The position numbers and the translations under genes are program-made. The notes below the pieces were generated by a model, which was not told where the DNA came from, ran no database searches, and saw only the letters and a program-made list of their open reading frames with translations. A stretch of DNA of 54,835 nt from a virus (Duplodnaviria > Caudoviricetes): the IMG/VR virus record IMGVR_UViG_3300029448_000055, positions 1 to 54,835 of that record. The stretch is one strand, 5' to 3'. This document shows positions 18,363 through 27,041 of this stretch, one piece after another. The stretch's first letter is position 1. Each line of letters starts with the position of its first letter.

Positions 18363-18572
18363 ATGAAAAAATACAAAGTAACAGCATACGCACTTAACCA
18401 TGTTTGGTATCGTGAAGAATGGCTTATAGAAGCAGAATCGCAAGAAGACGCAATTGCAAAAGCTGAATCGCAAGAAGGCGATTTAATAGAAGAAGGCAAA
18501 GGAGATATTGAAACTTGTCGAGCAAGGTTTGACTTTGACCATATAGAAGAACTTGAAAAGGAGGAAGCATGA
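18363..18572 (+). CDS. Hypothetical acidic protein
   Basis: KYKVTA...IEAESQEDAIAKA; ends EEA at the shared junction. Confidence 0.75.
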   Translation: MKKYKVTAYALNHVWYREEWLIEAESQEDAIAKAESQEGDLIEEGKGDIETCRARFDFDHIEELEKEEA

Positions 18573-18901
18573 ACATAGCAGTATTAGAGCCATATTCGGA
18601 TAGAGATGAATTTGAAGAATTTAAATGGGATATAAAAAAATGTTTTGAAAATTATTTAGGTAGAAAAGTTTTAATATACTCTGATAATCATGGTTGGAAT
18701 AATGACGAAGTATCTTATGAATTTATTTTAGATTGTCCTTACGATATCTTTTGGAAGATAATACCTAACTCTGATTGGAGTTTTAGTATAGGAACTTTGA
18801 ACGGCAAAAAAGACGAGCATTTATTTGAAGCAAAAGTTAGTTGTCATGACGGAACTAGCACATATAAATTACAGATAATTAATCAAGAGGAGGAAGCATG
18901 A
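18569..18901 (+). CDS. Hypothetical protein
   Basis: 110 aa bounded by junction repeats. Confidence 0.75.
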   Translation: MNIAVLEPYSDRDEFEEFKWDIKKCFENYLGRKVLIYSDNHGWNNDEVSYEFILDCPYDIFWKIIPNSDWSFSIGTLNGKKDEHLFEAKVSCHDGTSTYKLQIINQEEEA

Positions 18902-19167
18902 GCCAACCAAAACAAAAAGATATAAACCAAATCGCAGAAGCATTGAACGAGCATTACGGAGGTTTTGAAATAACAGAAGACCATTTATACAATGTAATTA
19001 TCCTAGATAACTATGTTCCAGATAGTCCTGGTTGGTGTGGAGATATCGCACTTGTTGTTCATGGAGTATCTTGTTGCAAAGATATTCTTTACAGAATAGA
19101 GGATAAATGGACATGGGTTGAAAGCATGAACGAAGGCGAATACAACCACAACAAAGAATTAATTTAG
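18898..19167 (+). CDS. Hypothetical protein
   Basis: 89 aa bounded by junction repeats; YVPDSPGWCG motif. Confidence 0.75.
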   Translation: MSQPKQKDINQIAEALNEHYGGFEITEDHLYNVIILDNYVPDSPGWCGDIALVVHGVSCCKDILYRIEDKWTWVESMNEGEYNHNKELI

Positions 19168-19175
19168 GAGGAAGC

Positions 19176-19352
19176 ATGAGTAAAGGTTGTTGCAATAAAT
19201 GTGGCTATAAAGCTGATTATATTATTGATAATAATAATTATGCAGATAGTGGCTACAAAAATTTAGATGATGTACCAATAATCAAAATGTTATGTGGTGC
19301 TTGTTATGAAGAAGAATCAGATGCTTATAAAACAATAAAGGAGGAAGCATGA
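19176..19352 (+). CDS. Small zinc-finger protein (58 aa; not in ORF track)
   Basis: MSKGCCNKCG...LCGACYEEE...KEEA; CxxC...CxxC; bounded by junction repeats. Confidence 0.75.
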   Translation: MSKGCCNKCGYKADYIIDNNNYADSGYKNLDDVPIIKMLCGACYEEESDAYKTIKEEA

Positions 19353-19561
19353 CATTAAAAAAGTTACAAGCAAAAATAAATGATATTGAAAGTAAATATT
19401 ATAAAGGGTGGCGTCAATCAGAAGAATGGTGGCGGATTACCGGTAATATCGAATCATCTGATAGGGAGTTATGGATTAAATACAATGATTTATATTACAA
19501 AAAATATAAAAGAAAGTTGGGCAAAGAAGCAGTTAAATTTTTTATAGAGGAGGAAGCATGA
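19349..19561 (+). CDS. Hypothetical protein
   Basis: 70 aa bounded by junction repeats. Confidence 0.7.
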   Translation: MTLKKLQAKINDIESKYYKGWRQSEEWWRITGNIESSDRELWIKYNDLYYKKYKRKLGKEAVKFFIEEEA

Positions 19562-19827
19562 CTCAATATAAATCCGAAGTTGAACAACAAGCAATTCTAT
19601 TAGAACTTGAGGCTTGGGCAAAAGAAACTAAGTCTTACCATTTTCACAACCTTTCTAATATGTGGTATGACGATAGGCCACAAGATACAAAAGATGGCAA
19701 ATATGTTAGAGATACCATTTATAATAATGGCTTAGTGGAAAGAGTCTTAGAGAATAGTAAGGTTATTATCATGGGCAAAAAACTATCGACTCAGGATCTG
19801 TTAGAAAAATATTTAAAAGGAGAATAA
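19558..19827 (+). CDS. Hypothetical protein
   Basis: 89 aa starting at the last junction repeat. Confidence 0.7.
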   Translation: MTQYKSEVEQQAILLELEAWAKETKSYHFHNLSNMWYDDRPQDTKDGKYVRDTIYNNGLVERVLENSKVIIMGKKLSTQDLLEKYLKGE

Positions 19828-19829
19828 TA

Positions 19830-20015
19830 ATGTTAAACAAAAGAAGAAACTTAACCTACGAAGGTTATGATGAGATCCTAGCCCAGGTTAGAGGTATCAT
19901 TGAAAGACACGCTACTTCGCCAGAGCAATACGATACTTTAATCCAACAGATAGATAATCTTGAAGTTGAGATTGAAGCTATGCTAGAAGGTCGCAATAAT
20001 CTATTAGAAGAATAA
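19830..20015 (+). CDS. Hypothetical coiled-coil protein
   Basis: AAGGAG RBS, 61 aa. Confidence 0.65.
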   Translation: MLNKRRNLTYEGYDEILAQVRGIIERHATSPEQYDTLIQQIDNLEVEIEAMLEGRNNLLEE

Positions 20016-20083
20016 CACGCAAGTCCTATCAAGTTGATGTTTCGATTACTTGATAGGCGCTCGCACAACAAAGGAGAAATAAT

Positions 20084-20338
20084 ATGAATATAGTAGAAGC
20101 AATCGAGTTACTCGAACACAAACTTTTTGATCAAGGCAGATCCGAACAATACACTGCTTACGACAAACTAATTGATGATGCCTGGGATTTACTCAAAAGC
20201 AAACTTGATCTGACTGATGATGAGTTCAATCAAATCTTTGCTCAAAGCAGTTACTATCGACCTGAAGTAACGAAGATACTACGCAAAAAAAATATTACCC
20301 AGGATCCTGATCTTCCTGATTCTGATGTTGGTTGCTAA
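20084..20338 (+). CDS. Hypothetical protein
   Basis: AAGGAG RBS; converges on and overlaps the terS 3' end. Confidence 0.65.
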   Translation: MNIVEAIELLEHKLFDQGRSEQYTAYDKLIDDAWDLLKSKLDLTDDEFNQIFAQSSYYRPEVTKILRKKNITQDPDLPDSDVGC

Positions 20339-20798
20339 CCTCCTTGAGATTAACTACTTCGCCTTCGATAACTCGCACTTGGTTTTGTTCCAAGAGTTCA
20401 TTCAAACGCTGTTCCAATTGTTCTCGACTCATGCCATCGATCTTACCAAATCGCACTTCCTTCCTATCCACCATTAGGCCACCGAGTTTAGCTCGTGCGA
20501 TTTCAGCATTCACTGCTGGTCCATAAGAGCCATCAGCCGCAGCGGCATCCCTAATTACTGCTAATTTTCTAGCCACGTTCTCAAAATTAATATCATACTT
20601 CTTACGTTGCAACGCTTTCATCTGTTGAATACGCTCTTGAACATGCAGATATTCTGGATTGTTCATCATGCGACTGGCAATTACCTCCGGATTCTTAAAC
20701 CCAGCTCGATGAGCACAATCGGTTTGCGTTAGATCTTGATACACCATGAGATTGACAAACACCTCTTGCATCTTAGTAAGTTTCTTTTTTCTAGCCAT
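20295..20798 (-). CDS. terS: Terminase small subunit
   Basis: LTKMQEVFV...TQTDCAHRAGF HTH start, AVNAEIARAKLGGL oligomerisation helix. Confidence 0.8.
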   Translation of the reverse strand: MARKKKLTKMQEVFVNLMVYQDLTQTDCAHRAGFKNPEVIASRMMNNPEYLHVQERIQQMKALQRKKYDINFENVARKLAVIRDAAAADGSYGPAVNAEIARAKLGGLMVDRKEVRFGKIDGMSREQLEQRLNELLEQNQVRVIEGEVVNLKEVSNQHQNQEDQDPG

Positions 20799-20997
20799 TG
20801 ACTGATTTTACTCCACGTCTTTGCAATTCGTTAAGCAATTTATTTTTATGTTTGTTTTTACCTTCTGCCAATTCTTTCTGGATCTCTTCAGTCGTTGCTT
20901 GTTTCAGATAGTAATGTTTCCAACGCCACATCCTGGTCGGTCTACCATTACCATCCTTGATGTATTCTTTTTGTGAAGGTTTTATTTTAGCTGGCAT
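20791..20997 (-). CDS. Hypothetical basic protein
   Basis: 68 aa, AAGGAG RBS, overlaps terS start. Confidence 0.65.
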   Translation of the reverse strand: MPAKIKPSQKEYIKDGNGRPTRMWRWKHYYLKQATTEEIQKELAEGKNKHKNKLLNELQRRGVKSVNG

Positions 20998-21227
20998 TTT
21001 TTTTCTCCTTTTTTCTTGTTAACTTTTGCTTAGGCTTTTTTAAATTAGCCACTAGCTCCATGTGTTCTTTCATTGTCATTACTTTTTTCATTCATTTTTT
21101 TATATTTAATTTTTATATTCGTTAAAGTTTTCTCTGTCAAATATCCATTCTCCCTAATCTTACACTTTTCTTTTTTCATTCATTTCTCCTTTTTATTTTT
21201 TCTATTATAAGTGGGATGAGAGGGGGT

Positions 21228-21435
21228 GGGGATGTGGGTTTACATACCCACTCATTCCCCTTCTTATAGAAGTGCACAACTGCACAACTGCACAGCCCAG
21301 TAAACATAAGGGTTTCAGAGCACGCTGTGCGCATGTGCAGGCATGTGCACTTGCACAACTGCACAACCATAAAGGTATTGATTTTATTGACTTTTTTCAG
21401 ACGCTGTGCAAAATCGCTAATCATCGTTGCACAAC
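21228..21435. repeat. TGCACAAC iteron-like repeats (candidate replication origin)
   Basis: TGCACAAC at 21273, 21281, 21352, 21360, 21428, TGCACAGC at 21289; inverted TGTGC copies between; G-rich hairpin 21228-21260. Confidence 0.65.
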
Positions 21436-22371
21436 CGTTTTTTCACAAAAAAGCCCTAATTCTTGTTCCATTCTTGCTTCCATAATTTCTACATATTCAG
21501 CATTTAATTCTATTAATACTGCCCTTCTTTGAAACATTGCTGCGACAATACCTGTCGTGCCACTACCAGCAAAAGGATCCAATACTGTGCCACCTTCAGG
21601 ACAACCTGCTAAGATGCAAGGCTCAATCAGATCTTTCGGATAGGTAGCAAAGTGAGCTTCTTTAAAAGGTTTTGTTGTCACTGTCCAGACGGATCTCTTG
21701 TTACGTTTTTCCAGAGCACCTATTTTGCTTAGTCCTTCTCTTATCTCCATACCCTTCATGCCTTTGCCTTTTTTAATATTTTGTGGGCTATCAGGCCCAT
21801 TTGGATATTTAGCTTCTTCTTTAATCGCTTCGTTGTCGTAGTAATATTTAGCCTGTTTACTCAATAAAAATATGTATTCATGTGCCTTTGTGCACCGATC
21901 GGTACAGCTCTCAGGCATGGGATTCGGTTTGTGCCAGATGATATCTTGTCTAAGATACCAACCATCTGCTTGTAAGGCCAAGGCTACCCTCCAGGGGATC
22001 CCAGCCAAATTCTTAATCGGCAACCCAAAGTTAACTTTGACATCGCCTAGTTCTGTTTGCATATCTTTGACTCTATTTGTTCTGCCTTTGGCTTTGTTTG
22101 TGTTAAAGCCTGAGCCTTGTTGCTGTCCATAGGTATCGCCTAGATTCAACCACAAAGTACCATCGTCTTTTAAGACACGCTTTACTTCTCTAAATACTGC
22201 AACCATATTTGCTATATAAGTTTCTGAGTCTGTTTCCATACCAAGCTGTTCCGCTTCATCGTTGTAGTTACGTTGCGCCCAGTAAGGTGGACTCGTGACA
22301 CAAGTATGCACTGATTGTTCGGGCAATTCCTTTAATTTATTCAAAGCATTGCCAATGTGAATATCAATCAT
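21421..22371 (-). CDS. DNA methyltransferase (N4-C/N6-A, beta-class order)
   Basis: TSPPY catalytic motif before DPFAGSGTT SAM-binding motif; likely start ATG 22371. Confidence 0.92.
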   Translation of the reverse strand: MIDIHIGNALNKLKELPEQSVHTCVTSPPYWAQRNYNDEAEQLGMETDSETYIANMVAVFREVKRVLKDDGTLWLNLGDTYGQQQGSGFNTNKAKGRTNRVKDMQTELGDVKVNFGLPIKNLAGIPWRVALALQADGWYLRQDIIWHKPNPMPESCTDRCTKAHEYIFLLSKQAKYYYDNEAIKEEAKYPNGPDSPQNIKKGKGMKGMEIREGLSKIGALEKRNKRSVWTVTTKPFKEAHFATYPKDLIEPCILAGCPEGGTVLDPFAGSGTTGIVAAMFQRRAVLIELNAEYVEIMEARMEQELGLFCEKTVVQR

Positions 22372-23206
22372 GACAAAAACACGACATCGCATCGTCCTCA
22401 AACATATCATCCATCACTGGGTTTTCAGCTTCCTTCAAGAGTTCCACATAAGGTGGGCGATCCGACCTAAAGGTTGCCCCAGTACCCTCGCCGATTCTAT
22501 TTTCCTGGGCTATCCACCAGGTCGTTAGATCCGGACGTTCTTTAATTAGTTTAGTCAAAGTCTTGCGCCCTTTTAAGAAACATAGATCACAATTGCCAGC
22601 CAATGTTTGTCCATCGATACTCGGCAAAGTCAAATCAAAGTTTGCTTTCTGCCAAAACTCCAAGACATCTTTGACTGTGTGCTTAGCGTCATACATGGGC
22701 ATTAAATTACCCCAACGCTCTCGATCAGAAGCATTTCTTGATGAGCTCACGCGTCTCGGCTCGTCGTAACGTAAGCCTAAGACATTATCCCAATGCTTAT
22801 AGCCTTGCATTTTCCACATGAAATCTTTCATGCGTCGAATCTTTAACTCAGCAGTACAGAATCTAGCCACTGGGTTCGGCAAGTAGGATCTGCGTCCAAT
22901 CAAGGCCTCGAAAGGTTTGCCGTCTCTACTAGCAGTTTCATAAGTAACTTCTTTTGTACGATAAACCGGACGCTCATCAGCCATTTCTAACTCTAGCCAG
23001 TGTACCTTTACGTCCCAGTGCTCGCTACAAGCTTGGACAAAGTCCAAAGTCTCAGGCATTTCTTTACCAGTGTTAGCAAAGGTCACGTAAATATCATCGG
23101 GTAGCGTGCCCCCGTGAGCGTCAATAATTTGTTTCAACATGAACGCTGAAGTTCTACCTCCACTAAAGCTTATCAGTGCTGGGCCTTCAATCTTGTACGG
23201 ATTCAT
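22364..23206 (-). CDS. PAPS-reductase-family (PP-loop) protein
   Basis: SFSGGRTS PP-loop, FANTGKE, RFCTAELKI, GLRYDE, NCDLCFLK and terminal CFC. Confidence 0.85.
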   Translation of the reverse strand: MNPYKIEGPALISFSGGRTSAFMLKQIIDAHGGTLPDDIYVTFANTGKEMPETLDFVQACSEHWDVKVHWLELEMADERPVYRTKEVTYETASRDGKPFEALIGRRSYLPNPVARFCTAELKIRRMKDFMWKMQGYKHWDNVLGLRYDEPRRVSSSRNASDRERWGNLMPMYDAKHTVKDVLEFWQKANFDLTLPSIDGQTLAGNCDLCFLKGRKTLTKLIKERPDLTTWWIAQENRIGEGTGATFRSDRPPYVELLKEAENPVMDDMFEDDAMSCFCHD

Positions 23207-23417
23207 TGATACGTTTGTAATGAGTTCTAATAAAATACTTTCTTATGATAGCAAATACTGTTAGCACTGCTACCTGGGTCGCTGAGATAATAAAGGCATT
23301 GTCAAAAGCTAAATACAACATCGTTGCCAATACTGCGTACGACAACAACCAATTGATCGGCAGACCAAGAAAGGTATCGATGCAAGCTTCTTTGAGTGAG
23401 GGCCAATCTAGTTTCAT
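23187..23417 (-). CDS. Small membrane protein
   Basis: Two hydrophobic helices; ATG 23417 overlaps the primase stop (ATGA). Confidence 0.65.
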   Translation of the reverse strand: MKLDWPSLKEACIDTFLGLPINWLLSYAVLATMLYLAFDNAFIISATQVAVLTVFAIIRKYFIRTHYKRINESVQD

Positions 23418-25423
23418 TCTGCCTCCCAAGGTTTACGGCTTTGATTATCAAAACGATAGTGCCAAGTTTGTTTACCAGGAATCGCTTTCGTCTTGACTAC
23501 ATCGCCTAAGTATTTTTGCACGTGACTCACAGCATAACGGGCTGCTCGCTCGCCACTCGGTAAGTTATTTGCTTTCAGTGCTTCACGCGCCAATAGTTCT
23601 AATTCTTGTCTAGTGTAAAACTTAACTCTGTCCATAGCATTTGCTACTTTTTGTGCAATCTCTACTTCGTCTGGACCTTCATCAAAGTCCACCATATCCC
23701 AATAACCTTTCTCAAAATCAAACCTAGACAAATGCGTGTCAGGTTCTTTGGCATTACGTGCTTCATAAAACATTGTTACATTCGGACGTTGTCCCATCAG
23801 TTTGATACCAGAGTCCATCCACCCAGCAAAAGCTGAGCCTCCACGGGCTGACATGAACGAAGCATCATCGGCTCGTTCTTTACCCGTGTGATGGGCAATG
23901 ATTACTGCCACGCCAAAGAGTTCAATCAGGCGATCGATTCTGGATAGCAAGCTGTGGATTTCTTGGTTGCTGTTCTCTTCACCATCAAAGAAATTAATAA
24001 TCGGATCAATCATGACAATGTCAGGTTGATGATAATCAATACTCTCAGCAATTGCGTTGATGTCTTTGTCACGCATGATGTTCTTTCTGAGTCGGCCAGT
24101 TGGAATTAAGTTTGCATGTCCCAAGGCCATCAAGTCTGGATCGTGTCGGTACGGTTCGTAGTACAAATCGATTCTATTTTTTAAGAACTCTTGAATGATC
24201 TCAGCTTGTAGCCACATGACTTTGCACGGTTTGGTAAAAGGCATACCCATAAACTGTTGACCAGTTGTGGCTGCTGCTGCAAACGCTCCCAACCAATGCG
24301 ACTTACCTATCTTTGGTTTACCAATCAATAGACACCTAGACTGTTCAAAGATAAAACAATCACCCCAATACTGTTCGATCGTACCAGGTTCAATGCCTGT
24401 CCAGAATTCATCGTTGTAACTTTTTAAATTGAGTGGGTCGGTCTTGTTGTCTTGTACCTTTTTAACTTCGATGGGATCTTCTTGATCCAGTATTTCTTTG
24501 AGCTCTTCGCCTAGATCTATCTGCCATTCGCTCGTCTTCCAAGCCATGATTCCAGCATCTACATCTTCTGGATTACGCTTGACATGACCCTGGGTAATCG
24601 ACATGGTTGTTTGTAAAACCTCTGGCAAAGGCAGTGGGGAAGGCAATGTTTGGTTCCAATCGAAAGCCTTAATTAAAACTTCACGATAGCCCCAGCCTTC
24701 ACGAATCCATTTGCCTAAGAGTCTTGCCAAGGTATCGTTACGTTGACCGACAGCGACAGGATCTGTCGCTACTTTTGTTCCTAATGATAACGGCTGTACC
24801 TTTCCTGATTGATTGTATTCGTGTATTGAATTCAAATCATTCATGTTTAACATCGGCAGATCCATCATGTCATTGACCGAAGCACCTTGTGCTAATTCAA
24901 AACCATATTTGAGTGAAGGCGAAACCATGACATAACCACCTTCGCCTCTGACATCTAAGTTGCCAGTCATGTTACGAACATTCAAGCCTTCGTTGACTTG
25001 ATAAAAATAATGATAACCACCACGTGGGGTTTTTTGTTTCAGAGGCGATCGAGTTACTTGACCAGACTCGACGAACTCAACCGCCTCGGTGCTATCACAA
25101 TCTAGTACTACAAAAGTTATACCGGTGATAGCTGCCCAGTTAGCTCCTGGATATCGGACTAACCACTCTCTCAATTCTTCTTGGGTGGGCTGTCTTCGTT
25201 GATAAGTTTCCCACTTTACTCTAGGGGTCTTGGCCCATTTCGCTGCTAAGACTTCATCACTTTCAAATGGATGACGCTTGCGAAAATATTCTGGAATAAT
25301 TTCTTTACGTGACCCACACGGAATCAAATGAAAGCCTTCTTCCCAAAACGACCAAAGCATTTCGGCTTTGGCTTCGTCAGAAAAATTCTCTAACTGCGAA
25401 TCAGCATTCAGTACTAAGGGCAT
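23414..25423 (-). CDS. Bifunctional primase-polymerase fused to RepA-like AAA helicase
   Basis: ANWAAITG..VVLDCD and TPRGGYHYFY prim-pol motifs, GQRNDTL primase C-terminal motif, GKPKIGKS Walker A, VMIDP, AHHTGK. Confidence 0.9.
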   Translation of the reverse strand: MPLVLNADSQLENFSDEAKAEMLWSFWEEGFHLIPCGSRKEIIPEYFRKRHPFESDEVLAAKWAKTPRVKWETYQRRQPTQEELREWLVRYPGANWAAITGITFVVLDCDSTEAVEFVESGQVTRSPLKQKTPRGGYHYFYQVNEGLNVRNMTGNLDVRGEGGYVMVSPSLKYGFELAQGASVNDMMDLPMLNMNDLNSIHEYNQSGKVQPLSLGTKVATDPVAVGQRNDTLARLLGKWIREGWGYREVLIKAFDWNQTLPSPLPLPEVLQTTMSITQGHVKRNPEDVDAGIMAWKTSEWQIDLGEELKEILDQEDPIEVKKVQDNKTDPLNLKSYNDEFWTGIEPGTIEQYWGDCFIFEQSRCLLIGKPKIGKSHWLGAFAAAATTGQQFMGMPFTKPCKVMWLQAEIIQEFLKNRIDLYYEPYRHDPDLMALGHANLIPTGRLRKNIMRDKDINAIAESIDYHQPDIVMIDPIINFFDGEENSNQEIHSLLSRIDRLIELFGVAVIIAHHTGKERADDASFMSARGGSAFAGWMDSGIKLMGQRPNVTMFYEARNAKEPDTHLSRFDFEKGYWDMVDFDEGPDEVEIAQKVANAMDRVKFYTRQELELLAREALKANNLPSGERAARYAVSHVQKYLGDVVKTKAIPGKQTWHYRFDNQSRKPWEAE

Positions 25424-25613
25424 TCTCTTCTATGGGTCCGTAAATATCTTCCCAGGTCATAGCGTAACCTGTCATAAGTATTAATTTTTTTGCTTGCTTT
25501 GGCCTTGGTTCGCGGTTGCCGTAACGCCAAGATTTTACTGTGTCAACTGAGACTCCTAAATCTTTAGCCAAAGGACCCTCACCTCTTTTGATAATATATT
25601 CTTTTAATGTCAT
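25401..25613 (-). CDS. Cro-like HTH transcriptional regulator
   Basis: LAKDLGVSVDTVKSWRYGNREP helix-turn-helix. Confidence 0.8.
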   Translation of the reverse strand: MTLKEYIIKRGEGPLAKDLGVSVDTVKSWRYGNREPRPKQAKKLILMTGYAMTWEDIYGPIEENALSTEC

Positions 25614-25620
25614 GCCATGG

Positions 25621-25686
25621 ATTGTAAATTATTTTTTGCTAAAAGTAAAAATATTTCTTGACATTTATTTTTCTTTCGCCAATACT
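25621..25686. promoter_or_regulatory. Back-to-back sigma70-type promoters
   Basis: Minus: TTTACT-17-TACAAT (25649-25621); plus: TTGACA-17-AATACT (25658-25686). Confidence 0.7.
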
Positions 25687-25704
25687 ACGCTCAGGAGTAA
25701 AGTT

Positions 25705-26154
25705 ATGAAAGAGAATATTGTAGAAGAGTTCGACGACCTCGCCGACTTATTATCAAGAAAGAAAAACAACTTAGCTATGCAAGCTAGGTTACGAGATGAA
25801 AGTAAAGACTTAGATATTGCTATCGCTCGTCACCCTCGAGTAGCTGAAGAAGTGAAGCTGACTAACAACACTGGCGGTGCAACTAGAATAGATTTCACTG
25901 AGTACGATTTTGATATCAAAGTTGATTATCGAGTCAAACGTGAATGGGATCAAAGCAGGATCTCAGACATCTACGAAGCCGGTCAGATCCCAGAAAAACT
26001 TTTTCCCTTTAGCGTAGAGTTTAAAGAGAACAAGAAAGATACAACAGCTCTTGCTGAACAACACCCCACAATTTATCAAAAATTAAGCGAAGCATTGACG
26101 ACTAAGATTTCCGATCGGCCTTATGTTTCGTTTTTAGACAAGAGGAAAAAATGA
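25705..26154 (+). CDS. Hypothetical protein of replication/recombination operon
   Basis: AGGAG RBS before ATG 25705; ATGA overlap with AAA gene. Confidence 0.7.
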   Translation: MKENIVEEFDDLADLLSRKKNNLAMQARLRDESKDLDIAIARHPRVAEEVKLTNNTGGATRIDFTEYDFDIKVDYRVKREWDQSRISDIYEAGQIPEKLFPFSVEFKENKKDTTALAEQHPTIYQKLSEALTTKISDRPYVSFLDKRKK

Positions 26155-26927
26155 GTATATTAGATGAAATCGAAACAGGCATGAACCCTGGCCCAATAAA
26201 AATGAACATAGCTGGCACCGATGGGATAGGTAAAACTACCTTTGCTGCGGGTGCCCCTAACCCTATATTTATTAAGACTGAAGAAGGCACTAGATATGTC
26301 AACACTTCTTCCTTTCCATTGTGCGAATCGTTTGAAGATTTAATGAAACGATTAAAACAATTGGTACAAGAAGAACATAATTTTAAAACTGTAATCCTTG
26401 ACACCACCGACTGGGCAGAAAAATTAATTCAAGAAGAAGTCTGTCGTCAAAAGAATGTGTCTTCCATAGAAGACATCGGCTTTGGTAAAGGTTACACCAT
26501 GACAGCTGAAGGCTTTCAGAAGATCTTCAGAGCCCTGGATGTCTTGAACGACAAAAAGAATATGAACGTGATTTTATTATCTCACGTTGCCATCAGAACA
26601 TTTGCAGATCCTGAGCGTGAGCCTTACGATCGTTGGGAACTTAACCTACATAAGAAGGTCAGTTCTAAAATCAGAGAGTGGGTTGACTTCAATCTATTTG
26701 CAAATCATCAGATTCGTGTTACTAAGTCGGGGCAGGGCTTTAATGAAAAGTCACGTGCACTTGCCATGGGTGAGCGTATGCTTTTTACAAAGTTCTCCGC
26801 GGCTTTCGATGCGAAGAGTCGAGTTCCTCTTCCCGATAAGATAGAGCTCAAATGGGATTCGTTTATCGACGAATATAAAACAGCAACTAAAAAACTAATG
26901 AGCACTAGCAGTGTGCAAGGAGATTAA
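26151..26927 (+). CDS. AAA-family ATPase (Sak4-like recombination/annealing protein)
   Basis: GTDGIGKTT Walker A, VILDT Walker B, GFGKGY, AKSR; next to SSB gene. Confidence 0.8.
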   Translation: MSILDEIETGMNPGPIKMNIAGTDGIGKTTFAAGAPNPIFIKTEEGTRYVNTSSFPLCESFEDLMKRLKQLVQEEHNFKTVILDTTDWAEKLIQEEVCRQKNVSSIEDIGFGKGYTMTAEGFQKIFRALDVLNDKKNMNVILLSHVAIRTFADPEREPYDRWELNLHKKVSSKIREWVDFNLFANHQIRVTKSGQGFNEKSRALAMGERMLFTKFSAAFDAKSRVPLPDKIELKWDSFIDEYKTATKKLMSTSSVQGD

Positions 26928-27041
26928 TTTGTGTAAAAAATGTGGGAGGCCAGCTGAAGTGATTGTGAAATCCAATGGTTGGTTTGGACCATTAAACAAA
27001 AAAATCTACCTGTGCACTACTTGTGTTCTGGAGACAAAAAA

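Larger units (their letters stand above)
18559..19561 (+). repeat. Five exact copies of AGGAGGAAGCATGA at gene junctions
   Basis: Copies at 18559, 18888, 19166, 19339 and 19548; each supplies RBS and ATG, four also supply the upstream TGA. Confidence 0.9.

Noticed and set aside
18559-19561. Repeat-spacer pattern as a CRISPR array or integron
   Set aside because: Repeat is only 14 bp and non-palindromic, spacers are whole ORFs of 170-330 bp, and there are no cas genes, attC-like hairpins or integrase
21176-21532. ORFs 21176-21424 (-) and 21272-21532 (+)
   Set aside because: Their Cys/His/Gln pattern is a translation of the TGCACAAC repeats and they lack an RBS
22364-23206. cysH auxiliary sulfur-metabolism gene
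   Set aside because: Context is DNA modification and replication, and no other sulfur assimilation genes are present
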